From the NCBI GenBank assembly GCA_023700255.1, contig JAJPRD010000002.1, positions 42,748 to 106,747 of the forward strand: a stretch of DNA of 64,000 nt, given 5' to 3'. Within the stretch, counting starts at the first letter, position 1. Every line of letters begins with the position of its first letter. Origin of the DNA: Candidatus Thalassarchaeaceae archaeon (GTDB taxonomy: Archaea > Thermoplasmatota > Poseidoniia > Poseidoniales > Thalassarchaeaceae). The position numbers were made by a program, and so were the translations under genes. The notes under the pieces are model-generated. The model was given only the letters and a program-made list of their open reading frames with translations, was not told the DNA's origin and did no database searches. Of this stretch, positions 28,643 to 37,090 are shown piece by piece.

Positions 28643-29440
28643 GTGTATTATATGAGTGATGAAGGGGTCTTATCAAAACTGACTTATCCATGGAAAAAAC
28701 TCTGGAGTTCAACTTGGTCTCGTCGTGAGAAATTGAATGGAGGTCTTTTCCCTCTGGAAGTATTTTTCATAGGGATTCTTTTTATTGCTATTCCTTACTT
28801 TGGTTCAAATAATATCGCTAATTTATATCTTCAAGACGCCTTTTCAGTATTTCCTGAACATTCATACGATCGTTCGATACCGGTAATAAACTGGATGATT
28901 ATTCCATACTCTGCATTATATTTATTTTATCCTGCTACTCTTATATTAGCCCCAAGAACAGACAAAGGTCGATTAGAACTATTGTCAGCAATGCAAATGT
29001 TAATTCTAGCGACTCTTTTTTGCGTCATATTCTTCCTATTATTTCCAGCAGAGATAGATATGAGAGGCGCTATTGATTGGAACTCTATGAATGGTGTCGA
29101 GACAATCCTCTTCGAATTCATACATACTTCTGATCAGCCTTGGAATGCATGGCCTAGTTTACATATTGTCCATTCTTACTGTCTCGCAAGGGTAATGACT
29201 CACTGGCTTATAAATAATTATTCTGAAACAAAATGGGCTAATTATTTCTTAATTATATTGTGGGTTGAATGGGTTTTACTATGTATCAGTATACTTACTA
29301 CAAAACAGCATTATATGTTTGATTTATTCTCAGGTATAGCAGTTGGTTTCATTGCATGGAAAATATATGAACCAACCTTAGCAATGATTCAACAAAAAGG
29401 TTCCAAAGTATTAACTGAAGAAATTGGTTGGTCTAATTAG
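28643..29440 (+). CDS. PAP2-superfamily integral membrane protein (phosphatase/phosphotransferase, PAP2_C/AUR1-like)
   Basis: A multi-TM protein. WPSLHIVHS corresponds to the PSGH motif, and TTKQHYMFDLFSG corresponds to the SRxxxxxHxxxD motif. The start is GTG at 28643 or ATG at 28652. Confidence 0.6.
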   Translation: MYYMSDEGVLSKLTYPWKKLWSSTWSRREKLNGGLFPLEVFFIGILFIAIPYFGSNNIANLYLQDAFSVFPEHSYDRSIPVINWMIIPYSALYLFYPATLILAPRTDKGRLELLSAMQMLILATLFCVIFFLLFPAEIDMRGAIDWNSMNGVETILFEFIHTSDQPWNAWPSLHIVHSYCLARVMTHWLINNYSETKWANYFLIILWVEWVLLCISILTTKQHYMFDLFSGIAVGFIAWKIYEPTLAMIQQKGSKVLTEEIGWSN

Positions 29441-31569
29441 TTGTATACTATTGGTAAGAATGCATTAGCTGCATCTTCACACGCATTTGCAACATCATCA
29501 AGTCTTTGCAATACTCTGTACATATGAACTGCCGCCAATGGGTCATCTGAACCTTCTCTGAATACAAATCCTGCTGCACGACTTTCTACTATGTCTGCCT
29601 CATGTTCTGCAAGATTAACTTGATAGATCAGATCTCTCAATTCAGTTCTTCCTTTCTTAGTATAACCTGATAATGTTAGATTTCTAAGGTGTAAAACTGT
29701 ATCCTCATAAACAGCTGCTGTTTTTTGTACCGCTTCTGCCATTTCAACAACCATCATTCTTGCTTCTTTATTTTCATAGAGTTCCCTGAATGATAATTGT
29801 TCAGCTACATTTTGAGCATAATCTGCGATTCTATCTTGCCTTCCAAGCATGTACAGGAACTCATCGCTATCTATCAATAATTTCCATCCTTTGCTACTTA
29901 CCTTTTCTCTGAGTGCATTTTTGATATCATCTGCTTTCAATTCTGCTTCAATAGTTGCATTGATTTCTTCTGAAGCATCTTCTCCATCTGTAGCCTTCTT
30001 AACTGCTGATAGCATATGATTTACTGTATTCTCAACTGCTTCTGCGTGAGTATGGAATAATTCGAAAACGGTTGGATCATACTTACTGTTATCTCCTCCT
30101 GCATCTGCTAACGCATCTTCAACGAATATCTCGTTTCCACTGGTTTTCCACATCACATAACCAACCAATAAGAAAGATATTGGTAAAACTACTATTAATT
30201 TCAGAGGATCTGATCCCATAGCAACATAAAGTGTAATTGATCCAAATCCTGCTGCTGGAAGACTCGCCACCCATGAAGCAGCGATTTTTCCAAAGACTCT
30301 GAAATCTACGTTTTTCGCGCCTCCTGCTAATCCTACACCTACTACTGAACCAACTAATGTATGAGTGGTGGATACAGGTACTGCCAAGAATGGCATGGAG
30401 AATATCAGAATTGTTGTAGCAGCCCCAAATTCTGCTGCAAACCCTCTTGTAGGTGTAATATCTGTAATTTTAGTCCCAATTGTTTCCATAACTCTCCAGC
30501 CCCATGTGACTACACCTACTGCAATACCAGCTGAACCTAGAAGTACTAACCACAGTGGGACATCTACTTGATCTGCTAAAACCCCATCATTAGCAAGGAT
30601 GTCGTATACTGCAGCCATAGGTCCTATTGCATTAGATCGATCATTTGCTCCATGAGCGAATGCAACATAAGCAGCAGTTATAATCTGCAACCAAACAAAT
30701 ATTTTTTCAACACCCTGGAACCCCTCTCCTTGTTTCTTAAAATCATAATTTCTTAATACCGACCAAAGTATGAATGATGCAATGCAGCCTATTGTAAATG
30801 AAACCATTAACGAATTAATCGGAAACCAAGCATTATCTGCCATTGGATTAAATACACCATCAGACTCTTTGTAAGGGAGCCAATCATTTTTATCTGCAAT
30901 CCATCCATTCGTGTCGGCTTTAGATATGAATCCTTTCAAAGCTTTGAATTGTAATGCAAGCCCTAATGTGAAAAATGTTGGTAGTGCAAGTATAGGTGCC
31001 AGCCATCTTGATCTTGCGATAGGATCTTTGGCCTCTAATATAGTTAAACGTACCATGAAGAATGAGAAAAATGCTAGTATACCACCCATTAGAGGGCTTG
31101 CTACCCATGAAATGACTACTTTTCTAACGACTTCCCAATCGATTAATGACGCATTATGTTGAACTTCTAATACCAATCCTACGCCTACGATTCCTCCAAT
31201 TATTGAGTGAGTAGTTGAAACAGGCAATCCGAAACGTGTTGCTATAGTCAACCAAACTGCAGCAGCCATCATTGCAGCAATAAATCCAAACATCAAATCA
31301 TTAGTAAAAGCAGTTGTGACAAGGTCTTCATCTGCGAGATTGATATTTAGTATCCCTTTTCTTATAGTATCTGTGACCGCATCTCCTGCAAAGAATGCAC
31401 CACAAAATTCGAACACTGCAGCTATAACTACTGCTTGCTTCAATGTGAGTGCACGGGAACCTACTGATGTCCCCATTGCATTAGCAACATCATTAGCTCC
31501 GATATTCCATGACATATAGGCACAAACCGCAATAGCGAGCGCCAGAACTACGATCATGATCGGTTCCAT
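29437..31569 (-). CDS. PiT-family inorganic phosphate transporter fused to a C-terminal DUF47/PhoU-like domain
   Basis: PHO4 repeats are NIGANDVANAMGTSVGS and HGANDRSNAIGP. The C-terminal region of about 210 aa (ELFHTHAEAVENTV...LAEHEADIVES...LQRLDDVANACEDAAN) resembles the separately encoded Pit accessory protein. Confidence 0.85.
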   Translation of the reverse strand: MEPIMIVVLALAIAVCAYMSWNIGANDVANAMGTSVGSRALTLKQAVVIAAVFEFCGAFFAGDAVTDTIRKGILNINLADEDLVTTAFTNDLMFGFIAAMMAAAVWLTIATRFGLPVSTTHSIIGGIVGVGLVLEVQHNASLIDWEVVRKVVISWVASPLMGGILAFFSFFMVRLTILEAKDPIARSRWLAPILALPTFFTLGLALQFKALKGFISKADTNGWIADKNDWLPYKESDGVFNPMADNAWFPINSLMVSFTIGCIASFILWSVLRNYDFKKQGEGFQGVEKIFVWLQIITAAYVAFAHGANDRSNAIGPMAAVYDILANDGVLADQVDVPLWLVLLGSAGIAVGVVTWGWRVMETIGTKITDITPTRGFAAEFGAATTILIFSMPFLAVPVSTTHTLVGSVVGVGLAGGAKNVDFRVFGKIAASWVASLPAAGFGSITLYVAMGSDPLKLIVVLPISFLLVGYVMWKTSGNEIFVEDALADAGGDNSKYDPTVFELFHTHAEAVENTVNHMLSAVKKATDGEDASEEINATIEAELKADDIKNALREKVSSKGWKLLIDSDEFLYMLGRQDRIADYAQNVAEQLSFRELYENKEARMMVVEMAEAVQKTAAVYEDTVLHLRNLTLSGYTKKGRTELRDLIYQVNLAEHEADIVESRAAGFVFREGSDDPLAAVHMYRVLQRLDDVANACEDAANAFLPIVYN

Positions 31570-31671
31570 GTTCTATTACGGTACACTTTAGTTTATCAAT
31601 TTTAAAATATAGAATCTATATAGTTTTTTTAAAAACGCTGTACTGAGTTTTATATATAATTATATATCTGA

Positions 31672-32736
31672 GTGGGTCTTCGCATAAACATGAACTCTGA
31701 GAGCGGAGCCAAGTCAGAAATTAGAAGGATACAGTTGACTGGTGGCTCAACCTATATTGTCAGCCTTCCTAAAAGTTGGGTAACTCAGCATGGTTTAGGA
31801 GCTCGGGATGAAGTAAGAATTGAATGGCGTCCATCGGGTACATTGAGAGTCATAGCAGACGCATCTTCCGTAGTCAAACAAAGAGAAGTACGGATAAACT
31901 GTGATGAAATCCCTGATCATATGATATTCGATCATTTAGTAGCATCTTACTTATCAGGAGCTCACAGAATAATTATTTCTTCACCCATTGAACTTTCACG
32001 TATTCAAAGAAAAATATTACGTGAATTTATAAAATCAACTAGAGGACTCGAAATAACTAATGACCAAGGTCGAGAAATAGAAATGATAAGTCTTCTTAAT
32101 TCCTCTGAAATGCCTTTATTTTCTAGTATAAATCGAATGTATCTCCTTATATCTAGGCAGATAAGAGATTTTTCAGAAGTACTTATGGGTGGTGGAATAG
32201 AGATCTTGGATGACTCTTCTGAAATTGAGAATGAAGTAGATGCTTTACGATTACTTCTTGAAAGACAAGCTGGACAAGTTTTAGAATCTGCAAGTATAGA
32301 AGATTCTTTGGGTACTTCAAGATGGGAAGCAGCAGAGTTATGTAAATTAGTTAGAACACTAGAAAGAATGGGTGATCATAGTTATGCATTATGTGATTTA
32401 GCAAAGTCGCATAAAGTTCCCGATTTATTGAACATGGATTCTTTACCATTATCCATAATTCCGATATGGCAAATATCTATAAAATTATTAGTATCTAATT
32501 TGCGAAATAGAAATTTTTCTGAAATTCATGATGCCAAGTCACAATTAATATCTGCACAAGAAGATTTACTTCAATATGAAGAAGTGCTCAGAGCAAGTGA
32601 GATACACATATCTGATGCTTTGTTTTTAGATAGAGTTTCAGAATCATTGAGGAGAATCTGTGCCTATTCAATCAATATGGCTGAAATATTAATGAATATA
32701 CAAACACATAGAGATTCGATTGAAGTATCTTACTAA
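31672..32736 (+). CDS. AbrB/SpoVT-domain plus PhoU-domain phosphate uptake regulator
   Basis: An N-terminal swapped-hairpin motif is IQLTGGSTYIVSLPKSWVTQHGLGARDEVRIEW. Two PhoU-like helical repeats follow (LERMGDHSYALCDLA, LRRICAYSINMAE). It is divergent from the PiT gene. The start is GTG at 31672 or ATG at 31690. Confidence 0.8.
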   Translation: MGLRINMNSESGAKSEIRRIQLTGGSTYIVSLPKSWVTQHGLGARDEVRIEWRPSGTLRVIADASSVVKQREVRINCDEIPDHMIFDHLVASYLSGAHRIIISSPIELSRIQRKILREFIKSTRGLEITNDQGREIEMISLLNSSEMPLFSSINRMYLLISRQIRDFSEVLMGGGIEILDDSSEIENEVDALRLLLERQAGQVLESASIEDSLGTSRWEAAELCKLVRTLERMGDHSYALCDLAKSHKVPDLLNMDSLPLSIIPIWQISIKLLVSNLRNRNFSEIHDAKSQLISAQEDLLQYEEVLRASEIHISDALFLDRVSESLRRICAYSINMAEILMNIQTHRDSIEVSY

Positions 32737-32744
32737 TATCTTCA

Positions 32745-34373
32745 CTACGACTTAATTATTTCACCACGAACGAATTTAATATATCTTTGTTCTTCATTTT
32801 CTTCAAAAGGGTGTTGTCCAATATTTTGCTGATATGCGATACCAATCCATGCCCCATCTTCACTAATTACCGTTTCAAAAAAGTCATGCAAAGCGTGTAC
32901 ATCACTGTTGGCTTCATCATATGCTGTGACTATATGCAGTGGTTCAGGATCAGCAATATTGAAATCCCATTGGTCACCTTCTTGAGGTTCAATTAGAGCA
33001 CCTGCATAGAGATGCCATTCTTCTCCTTCAACGTAATCTCCATCTAAGTCTCCATCATCAAAATCCAGCCCATAGAATGCTAAAGTGACTATATTTTCAT
33101 CACTAATACTTACAAATGGATACATTTGAATTCCATTGATATGTGACACGTTCCAAGTTGACCAGTTTACTCCATAATCATATGAAAGGGCTATTCTTAA
33201 TTCCCAAGGTCCAATTCCTCCATTAGGGCAATCTGCCCAGACTACCGCTACTGTTCCCTTTTCGTTTGTATTTACTACTGGGTACCCTTCTGGACAGTTT
33301 CCTTCTCTCGGTCCTACTTCAATTGGTGCTGCCCAAGTCCCATCAGTAAGTCCGGTTCCTCTTCCGTAGTCATCACTTATACGCACAATTACTGAACCAG
33401 TTGTTGAATCTGCATCTTCTTGAGCAATATAGACGTATGACCCATGCCTTTGGCTAGCAATAGTGCTCCAGCCACCAGGGACTGCATAGCATTGACTAAA
33501 TGTCAAACCACCATCTTCTGAGTGGTAATACCAGTATCTCCCTACATCACCCGTGCATTCAGGAGGTGATGCCCCTGAATTCCCTAGGTAATGGATTATC
33601 CCATCCCCTTGAGCTGCTACCCAAGGTCTATCATCTGCGGCCATCGTATTCATTCGTTGACATAATGCAGTATCATAGGATGTTCCATTATCTGAGAGTG
33701 TATGCCACCAGTTATCTTCCAAAGTAGTATCTAGGTAGTAAACAGTATCTTGAGCATCTACAGATATGTCACCCTCGTCTCCAAGGCATTCTGAGCCTCC
33801 AGCAAAGTAATTTGCAGTGAATGAATTTCCTGGTGTTGAACCAAAATTCTCACCGTGACCCCATGTAGTACCATTGTCATAGGATGACCAGAACCAAGAT
33901 GCCCAGTAATCCCAGCTTGTTTGTGCTCCATCCTGACAAGCATACCATGGCCCTGGTTCTCCACCCAAGACCGGGAAAAATGGATTGCTTTCCCCCCCCC
34001 ATCTCAAATCTTTATGAGCAGTAATAAACATGTTTCCATTACTTGTTATCGAAATACTAGGTTCATACCCTATTCCATATTCAGGTAGATCTTGACCATT
34101 TGAATCATCTACGCACTCTGGGTGTCTTGGCAAATACTGGCTATCGCCCCATGTAATCGAAACAGAATTAGAATCATTGCTGTTATTTTCTTCTGAAATT
34201 TGGCTACTATCTAGTACAAAGATTTGTAATGAAGCAACTATTAATATTGCCACTAATGCTATTGCGTTAATAGATAATATTAATTTGTTTGTATCAATGC
34301 CTTTTTTTTCTAAAAAATTCATTTCAGAGTCGATAACATTTGTATCTATAGGGACACTCTCTTCAGACTCCAT
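32745..34373 (-). CDS. Secreted BNR/Asp-box repeat (sialidase-like beta-propeller) protein
   Basis: An N-terminal TM anchor (ILSINAIALVAILIVASLQIFVL) is followed by the Asp-boxes SYDNGTTW, SEDGGLTF, SDDYGRGT and SYDYGVNW. Confidence 0.8.
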   Translation of the reverse strand: MESEESVPIDTNVIDSEMNFLEKKGIDTNKLILSINAIALVAILIVASLQIFVLDSSQISEENNSNDSNSVSITWGDSQYLPRHPECVDDSNGQDLPEYGIGYEPSISITSNGNMFITAHKDLRWGGESNPFFPVLGGEPGPWYACQDGAQTSWDYWASWFWSSYDNGTTWGHGENFGSTPGNSFTANYFAGGSECLGDEGDISVDAQDTVYYLDTTLEDNWWHTLSDNGTSYDTALCQRMNTMAADDRPWVAAQGDGIIHYLGNSGASPPECTGDVGRYWYYHSEDGGLTFSQCYAVPGGWSTIASQRHGSYVYIAQEDADSTTGSVIVRISDDYGRGTGLTDGTWAAPIEVGPREGNCPEGYPVVNTNEKGTVAVVWADCPNGGIGPWELRIALSYDYGVNWSTWNVSHINGIQMYPFVSISDENIVTLAFYGLDFDDGDLDGDYVEGEEWHLYAGALIEPQEGDQWDFNIADPEPLHIVTAYDEANSDVHALHDFFETVISEDGAWIGIAYQQNIGQHPFEENEEQRYIKFVRGEIIKS

Positions 34374-34427
34374 AATACATCGAATAGTACCTACGCTTTG
34401 AGTTTCACCTATCTCTGTACATGATTA

Positions 34428-35879
34428 CTATGCAATAATTGATGATACTATTTCTGGTTGTGTCAAGTAAATCAATAATCCTAATCCAGCAAACATCATC
34501 ATCCATGAACCAACTGCTTTGATTAACCCGGTTGAACTTCTAAGGTGACCAATCATCGCTTGTCTACCCATACTAACCAATGCAGTGACAGCAATCATGA
34601 GAAAACTAACTGAAATCATTAGTCCTAGGAGACCAAATAAAAACTCAGTTTTTCCAACGACTGCAAGCCACCCTATAAATGGGAAAACAGCAGCAGCAGT
34701 ACAATCTACAGATGCAGCGGAATATCCAATTCCCCATAGGTACATATTTCTTCTTGGTGTGAATAATTCATCATTATCTTCTTTAGTTTGATATTTATCT
34801 ATAATATTTTGAACACCTGAAAGTATGTGAGATGTCCATCCTAATAGCATTAAACCTCCTAAAATTACAAGTAGGAAAGCGATTCCAATCGCAATATCAT
34901 GTAGGAATCCTGAAAGATTGAATATTTCTGATAATCCAAATATGATTATTCCAATCACTGAAAAGAATGTTAATTGACCTAAGGCAGCATATGAGCCCAT
35001 TGCCAAAGGTCCTGGGATTTTTCCAATTAATTTTCCATTCACTCTGAGTTCATCTTCTCTCATCCCTAGGTTTAGTGTATAAGTTATGTAAGATGGTAAT
35101 ACTGGGAATGCACACGGGCTAAAATATACTAATACTCCTAAAAACAATCCAATCATGAATACGCCTTGGGTTGAACGATCGGTTTTTTCTATTCCAAATC
35201 TCAACTCCTCAGCATTACCTCTATTTGCTTTTTCTACAGCATTGTCAAAAGAACTCCAACCATCAAGTGGAGTACCTGTATTTTCTTTTGAAATCACATA
35301 TCCTTCATGGTCGATTACTAGTACTAGAGGTATTAATTGAGCAGAATAATATTCTACAATGTCACCTCTTTCACCATTTTCCAGAAGTATGACTTCTTTA
35401 CCTCCATTAACAAGTGGCCAATACATGTATTTATCCGAATCAGAGTCTCCAAAAGTAGAATTTATTTGTTCAAAACTCTCATAGTCATACCATGAGGCAA
35501 TTGAAACTACAACTACTGGATATTCTCCCTCTAGAGATTGCCAAGATTCAATATTTTGATTGATATGTTCTTGTACATAATGGCAATTTCCACAATCTAT
35601 AGCCATGAAATCCAGTATCACTACTTTCCCTCGTAAATCATATAACTGTAAGCTTCCATTGTCTAATGTTACAACATCATCAATTCCGGTTCGATTCATA
35701 GTTGGAGCAATGAAATCAGGCACTGGTTCAATTTCATCAGATACTCCATAAATTGATGCTGAAAATCCAAAAAGTGATAATGATGCGAATCCAATGATAC
35801 AAAATAAAATCATACCAATGACAAAGGCTTTCCAAGTGTCTTTTTGTTTAAGAACGCTAAAGTCCAAACTTGCGTTCAT
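34428..35879 (-). CDS. Fusion of a TlpA/Redoxin-like thioredoxin-fold domain and a CcdA/DsbD-type transmembrane electron-transfer domain
   Basis: The N-terminal anchor is followed by YDLRGKVVILDFMAIDCGNCHYV, a CxxC in TlpA-like context. A multi-TM region follows, carrying the CcdA motif YFSPCAFPVLPSY. Confidence 0.8.
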   Translation of the reverse strand: MNASLDFSVLKQKDTWKAFVIGMILFCIIGFASLSLFGFSASIYGVSDEIEPVPDFIAPTMNRTGIDDVVTLDNGSLQLYDLRGKVVILDFMAIDCGNCHYVQEHINQNIESWQSLEGEYPVVVVSIASWYDYESFEQINSTFGDSDSDKYMYWPLVNGGKEVILLENGERGDIVEYYSAQLIPLVLVIDHEGYVISKENTGTPLDGWSSFDNAVEKANRGNAEELRFGIEKTDRSTQGVFMIGLFLGVLVYFSPCAFPVLPSYITYTLNLGMREDELRVNGKLIGKIPGPLAMGSYAALGQLTFFSVIGIIIFGLSEIFNLSGFLHDIAIGIAFLLVILGGLMLLGWTSHILSGVQNIIDKYQTKEDNDELFTPRRNMYLWGIGYSAASVDCTAAAVFPFIGWLAVVGKTEFLFGLLGLMISVSFLMIAVTALVSMGRQAMIGHLRSSTGLIKAVGSWMMMFAGLGLLIYLTQPEIVSSIIA

Positions 35880-35977
35880 AGACTATCCTAACCTATGATA
35901 GTTTTTCATACCGGCGCCTAAGCGTTCATATTTTATTTCATTAAATATTCTAAATTTGACATCTTTCCATCTCATTA

Positions 35978-36805
35978 TTGAAGACCTTGACTACATCCAA
36001 GTGTACTATGGGTAAGCCGTGGTCTCCATCTCATGTATCCGAAGTTGCCAAAGGAATAGGTATTGATCTACGAATTAGTGGAGAGGTTAAACAAGACCTA
36101 GTTACTCTATTGAAGGTAGAATTGCAGAGAATAACTCGAAATATGGAAAGTGAAACACTAGAAAAAGACCCAAACCGGAAAACTTTAGGCGACCCTTTGA
36201 GGACTAGACTCGGTTTTAATAGAACAAGAGGGTTGATGATTGATGAAATTGTTAATGTTGAATCTGTAAGTTCAGCTGCTGTCGTTGCAGCGAATGAAAT
36301 ACTAGAGAGTTATCTTCAAAGGATACTTCTTTTGGCATCTGAAGAGGCATCTAATGATAAATTAGGGACAATTATGAAGAGACATTTGGATTTAGTCGTA
36401 TCTGCTTCCGAATCTAATAAAGATGATCAATTAATTAAATCAGAAGATGATTCAGTTAGTGAATTTACTACTGATTCAATTAAAGAACCTAAATTTGAAG
36501 TTTTAACTTCGGTTAGTCTTAGGAACATTGTAAAACAGTTTTCGGGTAAGAAATTAGAAAATGATGCAATTGATGAATTATTACTACTATACTATGATTA
36601 TGCCTCAAGTATTGAATTTAATCTACAGAAAAATGTTAGTTTAGGTGATGTCAATGAAATACGCCAATCTTTCGATAAATTCGAGCAACTTATGATGCTT
36701 GGTTGGATGAGGAGAATTCTGAAAGCTGCTTCTGAAAAAGCAGATTCTCAAGGTTCAAATCTAATAAAATTAGATCATATAGTCGCTATAGACCCCTGGT
36801 CTTGA
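35978..36805 (+). CDS. Hypothetical protein with repeated histone-fold-like segments
   Basis: SHVSEVAKGIGIDLRISGEVKQDLVTLLKVELQRITRNM...NRKTLGDPLRTRL resembles a histone alpha1-L1-alpha2-L2(RKT)-alpha3 unit. Similar segments recur at AANEILESYLQRILLLASEEA...GTIMKRHLDLV and at SLRNIVKQFSGKKLENDAIDELLLLYY...NLIKLDHIVAI. The likely start is ATG at 36008. Confidence 0.6.
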   Translation: MKTLTTSKCTMGKPWSPSHVSEVAKGIGIDLRISGEVKQDLVTLLKVELQRITRNMESETLEKDPNRKTLGDPLRTRLGFNRTRGLMIDEIVNVESVSSAAVVAANEILESYLQRILLLASEEASNDKLGTIMKRHLDLVVSASESNKDDQLIKSEDDSVSEFTTDSIKEPKFEVLTSVSLRNIVKQFSGKKLENDAIDELLLLYYDYASSIEFNLQKNVSLGDVNEIRQSFDKFEQLMMLGWMRRILKAASEKADSQGSNLIKLDHIVAIDPWS

Positions 36806-36808
36806 TAA

Positions 36809-37021
36809 TTAGTTAATGAATTCACTTTCAAATGTCGAATCTAAGAGTTCTAATAGTCCTGAAACATTTTCGTGAATTTCGAATAATGTATTATCTGCTG
36901 TGTAAATTAAGAGAACCTCTGCTTCATTTTCATGCTTCTCAATAAATTGGTATGCACAGATAGTTTGTACACGTATTCTTGTTGGCCCTAGGTCTGTCAT
37001 TGCTCTAATCCACATACTCAT
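36809..37021 (-). CDS. Small hypothetical protein downstream of the DEAD-box helicase
   Basis: A 70-aa ORF on the same strand as the helicase, filling an otherwise empty gap. No motif is recognised. Confidence 0.3.
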   Translation of the reverse strand: MSMWIRAMTDLGPTRIRVQTICAYQFIEKHENEAEVLLIYTADNTLFEIHENVSGLLELLDSTFESEFIN

Positions 37022-37090
37022 GAATCCGGCGGCGCTCGAATAGGGGTTTTAATGATTTCTATACGCTGCATTATCTGTTTAGCGGAAATA

